Shown: positions 21,626 through 29,832 of the stretch, in pieces | Layout: every line of letters begins with the position of its first letter | How positions within the stretch are numbered: position 1 is the first letter of the stretch | Origin: Myxococcota bacterium | GTDB lineage: Bacteria > Myxococcota_A > UBA9160 > SZUA-336 | Length of the DNA: 64,000 bases | NCBI GenBank assembly: GCA_965247115.1 | Contig: CBDFGR010000002.1 | Coordinates: 992,001-1,056,000 of the forward strand | Direction of reading: 5' to 3' | Notes under the pieces: generated by a model | What the model saw: only the letters and a program-made list of their open reading frames with translations | Told to the model about the DNA's origin: nothing | Database searches by the model: none | Position numbers and translations under genes: made by a program

Positions 21626-22069
21626 TCAGGCCAGGGCAGCTCCGTTCTCAGCCAGCCATTTGTTCAGGACCTGCTCTGAATCGGGATCGAGAGTGTCTTT
21701 CAGCAAGGCGATGCGGTCGCCTTCGAAGGTGGCCGCCTCCTTTCCAGAGAACACGAGGTCGGGGGTGCCCGTTTTCCTGAGGCTCACCCGAAAGCTTGTC
21801 GTGAGTATGTCGCCGACCAGCGTGGGCGAATGGAGTTCCAGCGTGCGGCTGTCCATTCGCCGGTCGAAGCCGTCGACGGAGTTCTTCAGCTTGGTCAGCA
21901 CGGCCTCGCGGCCCTTTGCGGTGGCAGCGGGGTCGTCGGGATCTGCATCGGGCTCGCCCGCGTAGACCGCGTCCTCTGTAAAGTACTGGGCGATGCGCGA
22001 CCAGTCGTCGTCTTTGTAGCTCTCCTCGAATGCGTCCGCGTAGGCCTGAAACCGCTCCAGGATGCTCAT
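21626..22069 (-). CDS. NTF2/SnoaL-like protein
   Basis: 147 aa with 'DDW......FTEDAVY' and 'KGREAV' pattern. Confidence 0.7.
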   Translation of the reverse strand: MSILERFQAYADAFEESYKDDDWSRIAQYFTEDAVYAGEPDADPDDPAATAKGREAVLTKLKNSVDGFDRRMDSRTLELHSPTLVGDILTTSFRVSLRKTGTPDLVFSGKEAATFEGDRIALLKDTLDPDSEQVLNKWLAENGAALA

Positions 22070-22216
22070 GGGGTCTCCTTCTCGGACGAGTATACCTCGC
22101 CGGCAAGCGGCTCGGGGCGGTCGGACTACCCGCCCGGCACCCTGCTTGACGTGGGCGGAGCAGCTGCTTAACGTCGCCGTAGTGATGCTCCAGCGCACCC
22201 GCAGCGCAGTGGTCGC

Positions 22217-23206
22217 ATGAAGGCCGGCGTCCTTCAGTTCTTCAGCTGGCCCGAGCGGCGCGTACCCCTCGAGACCGTATACGAGCGCGCGCTCCAGCGC
22301 ATCGACATCATGGATCAGACCGGCTACGACGCCGTCTGGCTCGCGGAGCACCACTTCAACACGTACAGCGTGTGCCCTTCCGTGCATCTCATGGGCATGC
22401 ACGTGGCGGGACGGACGCGCAACTTGCGCATCGGCACAGCGGTATCACTTGCGGCGTTCTACCATCCGTTGCGCCTGGCCGAGGAGGTCGCCCTGCTCGA
22501 CGTGCTCTCGGGCGGACGCGTGAACTGGGGAGCCGGACGCGGCTTCGACATGACCGAGTTCCGGGCCTTCAACGTGCCGAGGGAGGAGAGCTACCCGCGC
22601 TTCCGGGAAGCTGTCGACATCGTGCTCGAGGCCTGGCGAAAAGACCGCATCACCTACCATGGCGACTACTTTCACTTCGATGACATCGAGGTCTTGCCCA
22701 AGCCGATGCAGAAGCCGCACCCTCCGGTGTGGCTCGCCTCCACCTCCCCCGAGGCGATCGCGTGGTCGGGTGAGCGCGGCTACACAATCATGCTCGACCC
22801 ACACTCCGCCCACCGCGACATCGCCGCGAAGCGGGAGCGCTACCGAGAGGCGCTGGAGAAGCATGGACACTCCATCGAGGGACGCGAGATTCCGATGGCG
22901 CGCCTGCTCGCCATCGGAGAGACGGCTGCGGAAGCCGAGCAAATCGCGCGCAGCGGTGCTGGCTGGACCGTCGGGGCCTATGCGAACGCCGCACAGCGCG
23001 GGGGTGTGCGCGGTGCCTTCGAAACCGATGGCGATCCCGTCGAGCGCTACCTGAACGACGTGATCATCCACGGTACTCCCGAGGCCGTCGGCGACAAGAT
23101 CGAGCAGCTTCGCGAGGAGATGTTCCTGGACTACCTGCTGTGCGCGCCGCTCTCCCACGGTACCTTCATGCTGTTCACGGAGAAGGTGCTCCCGCGCTTC
23201 CTCTAG
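22217..23206 (+). CDS. LLM class flavin-dependent oxidoreductase
   Basis: 'WLAEHHF', 'HPLRLAEEVALLDVLSGGR..WGAGRG', 'PKPMQKPHPPVW'. Confidence 0.92.
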   Translation: MKAGVLQFFSWPERRVPLETVYERALQRIDIMDQTGYDAVWLAEHHFNTYSVCPSVHLMGMHVAGRTRNLRIGTAVSLAAFYHPLRLAEEVALLDVLSGGRVNWGAGRGFDMTEFRAFNVPREESYPRFREAVDIVLEAWRKDRITYHGDYFHFDDIEVLPKPMQKPHPPVWLASTSPEAIAWSGERGYTIMLDPHSAHRDIAAKRERYREALEKHGHSIEGREIPMARLLAIGETAAEAEQIARSGAGWTVGAYANAAQRGGVRGAFETDGDPVERYLNDVIIHGTPEAVGDKIEQLREEMFLDYLLCAPLSHGTFMLFTEKVLPRFL

Positions 23207-23231
23207 TCGAATGAAGCGTCAGATCCGGGGC

Positions 23232-23533
23232 CACTTGTAGCCCGACCCGCGGCTAGCACCGAAGCGCCCGCTCTTGACGCGGCTGACGTCTCCACCGTTG
23301 GCATCGCCTCCCCTCGGTAACCACAGCTCAGTGTGCGAGCGGTGTTCAGGGTCTGAAATGTCAACCATCGACAAGGTCCCCCCGCCGCACCCGTACCAGG
23401 TCGGCAGCTACGTCATCAGGGATCCGATGCTTACACCGACGCGGAGCCGGGACCGGTCTCGAAGACCGTCTGCCCTCTCCTCCTCGAAGCGCCGGCGCAC
23501 TTGTAGCCGGTCTTCCGGCTGACTCGAAAGCGC
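23232..23533 (+). repeat. two direct copies of a GTAG-hairpin motif (23232-23267, 23498-23533)
   Basis: CACTTGTAGCC-N8-GGCT-N5/6-GAA(A)GCGC; AGCC pairs with GGCT in both copies; second forms AGCCGG-TCTT-CCGGCT. Confidence 0.6.
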
Positions 23534-23565
23534 TGTCTGTTACCTATGTACCCGGTTCATACCCC

Positions 23566-23594
23566 TTGACATATTCAATAGAAAGCCCTAATCT
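23566..23594 (+). promoter_or_regulatory. sigma70-type promoter of the HUH transposase gene
   Basis: TTGACA-17 bp-TAATCT in an AT-rich patch, ending 18 bp before the GTG start. Confidence 0.7.
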
Positions 23595-23612
23595 ACACCA
23601 ATCGGTGATAGG

Positions 23613-24296
23613 GTGAAGAAATCAAAGACACAGCTCTCCCTTGATCTACGGCCTCTGGCGCGGCATGGGGGGCGGCGTGAGGGGGCGGGACGCAAGCCGG
23701 GGGCCGATCCCCTGGTTCGGCACCGGAGTCGGCCGAAGCTGGCGTCGCGATACCCTTGCCACGTGACGCTCCGGGTACGCGAGGGGGTTCCGTCGTTGCG
23801 GGCTCCGGCGTTTGTGCGGGCGTTCGAGGGGACGCTGGCGCGTGGGTGCGACAGGGGGGAGTTTCGGTTAGTGCACTACGCGCTCCTGCGGAATCACGCG
23901 CACCTCATCGTCGAGGCAAATGATCGGCATGCACTCGGTCGCGGGATGAAGTCTCTCAGCAGGAGGATGGCCTGGGCAATGCGGCGCGCGTTCGGCCGGC
24001 GGGGTGGCCTGCTGGCAGACCGGTACCACATGCGGGTCCTGAAGACCCCACGCGAGGTTCGGAACGCGGTGCGCTACGTCCTGCTCAACGCGGCGAGGCA
24101 TTGCGGCTCCTCACTCGCGACGGTGGACCCGGCCTCGTCGGGGCACTGGTTTGACGGCTGGCGAAGAGGACGGGCGCCCGGAGCGAGCGGGGCTCCGGTC
24201 GCGCCCGCTCACACCTGGCTACTCAGAAAGGGGTGGCGGCGCTACGGATTGCTCGATCCGTCGGACGTGCCCGGAGAAGCCCGCGCCTCTCTCTAG
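23613..24296 (+). CDS. Y1 HUH transposase-like protein (IS200/RAYT superfamily)
   Basis: 'HVTLR', HUH motif 'NHAHLIVE', 'DRYH', putative catalytic Tyr in 'AVRYVLLN'; N-terminal 'GGRREGAGRKP'; no tnpB nearby. Confidence 0.85.
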   Translation: MKKSKTQLSLDLRPLARHGGRREGAGRKPGADPLVRHRSRPKLASRYPCHVTLRVREGVPSLRAPAFVRAFEGTLARGCDRGEFRLVHYALLRNHAHLIVEANDRHALGRGMKSLSRRMAWAMRRAFGRRGGLLADRYHMRVLKTPREVRNAVRYVLLNAARHCGSSLATVDPASSGHWFDGWRRGRAPGASGAPVAPAHTWLLRKGWRRYGLLDPSDVPGEARASL

Positions 24297-24386
24297 ACAG
24301 GGGCGCCCAAGGCGGTCGCTAGCCTGACGCGTGGCCCAGCGTTCCCACGTAAGGCTGGACGCGCATCGGATCGTCCTCGCCCATCG

Positions 24387-25541
24387 CTACAGCTTGTCTA
24401 GCCGTCGGCACGCCTCGTCGAGATCCTCGTCGGTCTTCCCGAAGCAGAAGCGCGCCAGCTCGTGACCCTCCTCGTCGTGGTAGAAGGCCTCCCCCGGCAC
24501 CGCAGCTACCCCCACCTGCTCGAGCAGGTGCATGGCACGCGCCTCGCCCGTGCTTCCTGGCAGCCGGGAGATGTCCGCCAGGACGAAGTACGATCCCTGC
24601 GGCGGGTACGGCTCGAGTCCCGCGCGCTCGAGGGCGGCGCACAGCCGATCTCGCCTCGGTTCGAACTCGCGACCTATTGCAGTGTAGTACTCCGGGCCGA
24701 GCTGCTCGAGCGCGCGCGCAGCCCCGAGCTGCAGGGGGGTCGGCGGGCACACGTACACCAGGTCGTTCAGCGCCCCAAAGTGGGTCGCCAAGGGCCGGTC
24801 CGCGGCAATCCAGCCAACGCGCCAGCCAGTGACGGCGAAGGTCTTCGAGAGGGCGTTCATCGTGACGGTGCGTTCGCGCAAGCCGGGCAGGCTGGCCGGG
24901 CTCACGTGCTCGAGGCCGTCGAACACGAAGTGCTCATACACCTCGTCGGTCAAGAGCAGCAGATCGTGGCGCTCCGCCACGCGACCCAGCTCTACGAGCT
25001 CCTCCCGACTGAAGATCTTTCCCGAGGGGTTCACGGGTGTGTTGATCACGATGGCGCGCGTGCGCGGCGTGATCGAGGCCTCCAGGTCCTCGACCTGGAA
25101 CGACCAGTCGGGCCTCGGCAGCCGCACGCAAACAGGCGTCACGTCGAGGGCGAAGAGCGTATCGAGGTGGTAGCCGTAGTAGGGCTCGAACAGGATGACC
25201 TCGTCGCCCGGCTCGAGCAGCGCGAGGGCTGCGACGTAGAAGGCCCCGGTCGCTCCGCTCGTCACGAGGATCTCGCCCTCGGGGTCGTACTCGAGCCCGT
25301 TGTCGCGCTTCATCTTCCCCGCCAACGCACGGCGGAGCTCCTCCAGGCCGTCGTAGCGCGAGTAGGTGTTGGCGCCCTCCTCGATGGCGGCCTGCGCCGC
25401 GCGTCGGACCGCATGGGGCACGGGCGTATCGCAGACACCCTGCGCGAGGTTCACGCCCGCCACCCGGGCACACTCAACCGTCATGCTGCGAATCGGTGAG
25501 TGACGGACGTTCCGCGCCCGCTGACTCGGCCGGACTCTCAT
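24387..25541 (-). CDS. PLP-dependent aminotransferase class I/II
   Basis: 'NLAQG', 'NTPVNPSG', 'DEVYE', 'SKTFAVTGWRVG'. Confidence 0.92.
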   Translation of the reverse strand: MRVRPSQRARNVRHSPIRSMTVECARVAGVNLAQGVCDTPVPHAVRRAAQAAIEEGANTYSRYDGLEELRRALAGKMKRDNGLEYDPEGEILVTSGATGAFYVAALALLEPGDEVILFEPYYGYHLDTLFALDVTPVCVRLPRPDWSFQVEDLEASITPRTRAIVINTPVNPSGKIFSREELVELGRVAERHDLLLLTDEVYEHFVFDGLEHVSPASLPGLRERTVTMNALSKTFAVTGWRVGWIAADRPLATHFGALNDLVYVCPPTPLQLGAARALEQLGPEYYTAIGREFEPRRDRLCAALERAGLEPYPPQGSYFVLADISRLPGSTGEARAMHLLEQVGVAAVPGEAFYHDEEGHELARFCFGKTDEDLDEACRRLDKL

Positions 25542-25621
25542 TCAGGATCCCCCGCTCTGCTCACGAGCGCACGCGTATAGCGATGTTCCAACACCTGCAC
25601 ACTGTTATACTCCGTCATCTG

Positions 25622-25817
25622 ATGGGATCACCACTCGCTCGAGCTCGACACCGGCGCCACCGGCAAGAAGCCCGCCGCGCCATGCTCGACGCCACCGAGG
25701 CCCTGATGCTGGAGGACGGCGGGGACGAGTTCTCGATCCGATGACCCCTGGTCAAAGGACCTGACCGAAGGGGCCATCGAGGTGCTGCTGCGAGGAATGC
25801 TCGAGGGGAGGCCCTGA
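25622..25817 (+). pseudogene. TetR family regulator remnant with internal deletion
   Basis: MGSPLARARHRRHRQEARRAMLDATEALMLEDGGDEFSIR (TetR helix 1) stops at 25744; out-of-frame tail DPWSKDLTEGAIEVLLRGMLEGRP* ends in TGATG overlap with next gene. Confidence 0.65.
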
Positions 25818-26567
25818 TGCCGCGCGCTCTCCTCGCGGCGCTGGGCGTTCTGCTCGCCGGGTTCTTCGCCTGCTCTTCTGAGCAGGAGCGTCGAGTCGTC
25901 TCGGCGCCACCCGTGGCGACCGCTCCAGTGCTCTCGATCGACCTCGAGGATCAGATCGACGCAAGCGGTGAGGTTCTCGCCCTGCAGCATGCCGAGATCG
26001 CATCGGAGATCAGCGGACGGATCACGCAGATCGTGCTCAACGAGGGCTCCGCGGCCGAGGAGGGAGCGACCGTGGTGGAGATCGATCCCGAGCGCCGCGA
26101 GCTCGAGCTGTTGACCACGCGCGCGGGACTCGTCGAAGCCGAGACGGCCCTCCGTGAGCAGCGCCGCGAGGCCGAGCGGGTGCGCGAGCTCCACCGGCGG
26201 AGCGTCGCGTCGGAAGCGGATCTCGACCAGGCGGAGACTCAGCTGCAGCTTGCGGACTCGCGCCCTGAGCGCCGCGCGGGCCCGCGCGGGGGTGGCCGAG
26301 CGTGCCCTGGGCGATGCGAGCGTTCGAGCGCCGTTCAGCGGGCTCGTTGCCCGGCGCTTCATCAGCGTCGGTGAGTTCGTGCAGACCGGCGCGTTTCGCA
26401 ACGGTCGGGTCGAGGTAGTGAGCGGACTCGACGCCCGGGATCAGGTCGTGACCCGCGGTCACACGTCGCTCGTCGACGGCTCTACCGTCATAGTGCGCAA
26501 CATCGACGGCACTCCGACACGCCCGCCAGACGGGGCCACGGGGCCCGGGGGTTCGGACCTCGACTGA
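25817..26567 (+). pseudogene. RND efflux periplasmic adaptor (MFP) pseudogene
   Basis: Lipoprotein signal, 'SEISGRI', helical hairpin; +1 frameshift near 26263 (cgccctg); second frame 'VRAPFSG.V....VGEFV' joined directly to 'VEVVSGL..DQVVTRG'. Confidence 0.8.
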
Positions 26568-26621
26568 CTCCAACAGCGGCGCTTGCCTGCCGCTGTACAC
26601 TCGCCCGTCTCGAGGAACCCG

Positions 26622-27905
26622 ATGTCGATTCCCCACCGCTTTGCCCCACTCGCCGTCCCCGGCTTCCGACTCTACGTCGCGAGCCGCTTCTTCTCAGGCG
26701 TGGGAATGACGCTGCTGCGCATGCAGATCCTGTGGCACGTGCACGAGATCTCGGGCTCCGCGTTTCACCTGGGGCTCGTGGGACTCGTCCAGTTCCTCCC
26801 AGCCCTCGGCCTGAGCCTGGTCGGCGGCGCGGTAGCGGACAGCTACGACCGGCGAAAAATCGCGATCCTTGCAGAGGCGATTTCGCTGGGCTGTACGGCG
26901 GTCCTGTACGTGGCCACGTCCCAGGGAAACGACAGCCTGCCGCTCATCTACGGGCTCGTCTTCGTGATCGCTGTCGCGGGCGCCTTCGAGAACCCTGCGC
27001 GGACCGCGCTGCTACCAAGCCTGGTCCCGAGAGACCTGTTCCCGGCGTCGGTCACACTCTACACCGGCGTGCAGATGATCGCGTTCATGACCGGACCCGC
27101 GCTGCAGGGTGTCGTCGTCGCCACCGTGGGACGGGGCGCTGCATACGGCATGCACTTCGCCTTCGGGCTGATCGCGCTCGTGGGTTTGGCCCTGCTTCGA
27201 CCGCGCCCGCTCGACGGCCCGCCACAACGGGTGAGCTGGGCGGCGATTGCGGAAGGGTTGGCCTACGTGCGCAACAACCAGGTCGTGCTCGGCTGCATGA
27301 GCCTCGACATGTTCGCAGTTCTCTTCGGCGGCGCCGTCGCGCTGCTCCCCATCTACGCCAAGGACATTCTCGGCGCCGGCGACGTGGGCTACGGGATCCT
27401 CGCGGCCTCGCTCGAGGTCGGAGCCTTTCTCATGTGGATCCTGCTCATGATCCTGCCCCCCATCCAGCGCCTGGGTCGGGCCCTGATCGTCGCGATCGCG
27501 GTCTTTGGCGTGGCGACCATCGTCTTCGGCCTGTCCCGCTCCTTCCCGTTCTCGGTCGCGGCGTACATGGCGGTCGGCATGGCGGACTATGTGAGCGTCG
27601 TGATCCGCGGCATCGCCATCCAGCTCTCCACACCCGACGCGCTCAGGGGTCGCGTGAGCTCCGTCAACATGATCTTCATCGGCGCTTCAAACCAGCTGGG
27701 CGCCGTGGAGTCGGGCTTCGTCGCGGCGCTCACGAACGCGACGTTCGCCGTCGTGAGCGGAGGGGCAGCAAGTCTGGCCGCACTTGCCTTCGTCGCGAGA
27801 CGCCTTCCGGAGCTCCGACGCTACACGCTGTCCGCGAGCGTGGCCGCGTACGAACGAGCGGTAGGGGAGGCGGAGGACTCGCTTACGGATCCTCGTTCGA
27901 GTTGA
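26622..27905 (+). CDS. MFS transporter (EntS/DHA3-like)
   Basis: About 12 TM helices, 'GAVADSYDRRK', 'TPDALRGRVSSVN'. Confidence 0.9.
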   Translation: MSIPHRFAPLAVPGFRLYVASRFFSGVGMTLLRMQILWHVHEISGSAFHLGLVGLVQFLPALGLSLVGGAVADSYDRRKIAILAEAISLGCTAVLYVATSQGNDSLPLIYGLVFVIAVAGAFENPARTALLPSLVPRDLFPASVTLYTGVQMIAFMTGPALQGVVVATVGRGAAYGMHFAFGLIALVGLALLRPRPLDGPPQRVSWAAIAEGLAYVRNNQVVLGCMSLDMFAVLFGGAVALLPIYAKDILGAGDVGYGILAASLEVGAFLMWILLMILPPIQRLGRALIVAIAVFGVATIVFGLSRSFPFSVAAYMAVGMADYVSVVIRGIAIQLSTPDALRGRVSSVNMIFIGASNQLGAVESGFVAALTNATFAVVSGGAASLAALAFVARRLPELRRYTLSASVAAYERAVGEAEDSLTDPRSS

Positions 27906-28434
27906 CCTCGATGAGCTCCGGACCACTCGTCGCCGGGCGGCGCCCCGATGGGCGAGCCGGGTCCTTCAGGTAGTCGGCGAACTCGGGGACGACCTGAATA
28001 ATCAAGAGGCCGCCTTCGTGAGGGAGGCCACCGACGATCACTGGACGTCCGTGCCGCATCTGCAAGCGGGTGTTGACGACCCCCGGAAGCTCGACCTGCA
28101 TGTGGAGGTGATCGCGAAGTACCGTGACCGGCAAGACCCGAATACTGGACCCCGTCGGAAGCGCGAGCTCGGCCTGCTCACCGAAGGGAACGCGGAAGAC
28201 GGTCGGTGCGCAGCGCGTGATCGAACCAAAGCGCATGGGCAGCCGCCTGGAGAGCTCGACGCAGTCGGGTGAGATGCCCCCTTCTTGGGGCAGGGCATGC
28301 GCGAGCGAGATCTTGAAGGTCACCGGGGGAATGTCGGGCGCGGCCTGTTGCGCCGAGGCGGCTCCGGCAAAGAGGAAGCTGGCCGCACACGCCAGCAAGG
28401 TCGAGCGCTGAAGGACCGTGTGACGCATGCTCAT
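27883..28434 (-). CDS. secreted hypothetical protein in ECF sigma operon
   Basis: Signal peptide (…GAASA-QQ); ATGA overlap with anti-sigma stop. Confidence 0.65.
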   Translation of the reverse strand: MSMRHTVLQRSTLLACAASFLFAGAASAQQAAPDIPPVTFKISLAHALPQEGGISPDCVELSRRLPMRFGSITRCAPTVFRVPFGEQAELALPTGSSIRVLPVTVLRDHLHMQVELPGVVNTRLQMRHGRPVIVGGLPHEGGLLIIQVVPEFADYLKDPARPSGRRPATSGPELIEVNSNEDP

Positions 28435-29072
28435 CCCCACCCCCCGCCCGCCTGGAGATCACCTGGGCGGGTCGCCTCCGCGAGCAGCCAGATCACGGTC
28501 GCGCCGTCGTCGGCCTCGAATAGCATGAGCGGAGTATCCCCCTGCGCGAGGTCGTAGATCGACTGCGGAACACCCACGTTCAGAGCCACACCATCCTCAA
28601 AGACCGCAGGCATCTGCTGTGTGAGGGCGACCGCCTCGATTCCCGGCGCTGGAGTGCGCGAGGTGGCGGCCACACCAGCCCCGGTAGACGACGCTGGGCG
28701 CTGCGGCGTCGAGCTCGGCAGCAGCAGGAACAGCGCCACAGCGGCAGCACTCGCAACTGCCGCAGTCGCTGCGGGACGCGCCCAGCTCACGAGCTGCTCA
28801 AGTATCCGCTCCGACAAGGAGGCTTCTGCGCGCTCGGCGTCCACGCGGGCCATCGCCGGACGCAGGGCTGCGAGCAGGTGCTCGGGAGTTGGCCCGGGCG
28901 GCCCCTCGGCCCAAGCCTCACGAATCATCCCGCCAAGGGCCTTGGTCTGACGCAGATGGCGGTCGCTTGCCGGGTCTGTGCGGAGCAGTCGCTCGACTCG
29001 CTCGTCCTCGGAGCGGGAGAGAGCTCCATCCCGGAAGGCCTCGATCCTCTTCTCGACTCTTCGTCTCATCAA
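28431..29072 (-). CDS. putative anti-sigma factor
   Basis: N-terminal 'AFRDGALS.....VE..L' anti-sigma pattern, single TM, directly after ECF sigma. Confidence 0.7.
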   Translation of the reverse strand: MMRRRVEKRIEAFRDGALSRSEDERVERLLRTDPASDRHLRQTKALGGMIREAWAEGPPGPTPEHLLAALRPAMARVDAERAEASLSERILEQLVSWARPAATAAVASAAAVALFLLLPSSTPQRPASSTGAGVAATSRTPAPGIEAVALTQQMPAVFEDGVALNVGVPQSIYDLAQGDTPLMLFEADDGATVIWLLAEATRPGDLQAGGGWG

Positions 29073-29824
29073 ACAACGTCCTTGGGGGCTACGTCATGGG
29101 CCTCCAGGAAGGTGATCATCTTCTTGCGCGCGTAGTGCAAGCGACTCATCACCGTCCCTTTGGAGATCCCCATCGTTTTTGCGATCTCTTCGTACGAGAG
29201 GTCCTCGACCTCTCGTAGCAGGAGCACCTCGCGCTGTCCGTCGGGCAGCTCCTGGACACCTCTGGACACCAGCTCTCGAACCTGCGCTCGCAACGCGGAG
29301 AGCTCCGGATCGGCCTCGCCGGGCACGATGCCGCGCGGGTCCAGCTCAACGGCGAGCGCATCTTCCCACTCGACGGAGGGTGCCCGCTTGGCCTGGCGGC
29401 GCCGATCGAGGGCCAGGTTGACGACGATCCGATACAGCCAGGTGTAGAACGAGGAGCGGAACTCGAAGCGTGGCAGCCCGCGGTAGGCTTTGATCAGCGC
29501 TTCTTGAAGCACCTCGTCGGCAGCGTCAGGATCCCGGACGACGCGGTAGGCAACGCGGTACGCACGCTCCGAGTAGCGCCGGATCAGGGCCTCGAAGGCG
29601 GAGTGACTGCCCTTCTTGGCCTCCAGCACGAGGTCCCGGTCGGAGCTTTCGGTCGCCTCCGCCAGAACCCCCGGCAACTGACCCAGCGTCCCTACCGCTT
29701 CCAATGCGGGCGCTTCCACTGCGGGGGCTTCCACGGCTGGGGCCTTAGTCCTGCTGGTCCCTGATCCATCATCCCGCACGCTTCGACGCTCACCGGGGGA
29801 GCGAAATTCGGCCATTTTTTCCAT
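29069..29824 (-). CDS. ECF RNA polymerase sigma factor (RpoE-like); start uncertain
   Basis: 'F.FRSSFYTWLYRIVVN', 'LSYEEIA..MG...GTVMSRLHYARKK'. Confidence 0.9.
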   Translation of the reverse strand: MEKMAEFRSPGERRSVRDDGSGTSRTKAPAVEAPAVEAPALEAVGTLGQLPGVLAEATESSDRDLVLEAKKGSHSAFEALIRRYSERAYRVAYRVVRDPDAADEVLQEALIKAYRGLPRFEFRSSFYTWLYRIVVNLALDRRRQAKRAPSVEWEDALAVELDPRGIVPGEADPELSALRAQVRELVSRGVQELPDGQREVLLLREVEDLSYEEIAKTMGISKGTVMSRLHYARKKMITFLEAHDVAPKDVV

Positions 29825-29832
29825 AGATAGGC

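Noticed and set aside
23274..23522. 82-aa ORF upstream of the HUH gene
   Set aside because: Ser/Pro/Arg-rich, TTG start, no SD or recognisable motif; likely non-coding
23613..24296. Complete IS200/IS605 element
   Set aside because: No tnpB, no convincing right-end hairpin and a single copy in the window; treated as a stand-alone HUH gene
29698..29743. Three imperfect 15-bp repeats encoding APAVE-APAVE-APALE in the ECF sigma N-terminus
   Set aside because: Low-complexity linker; start codon uncertain; no sign of phase variation
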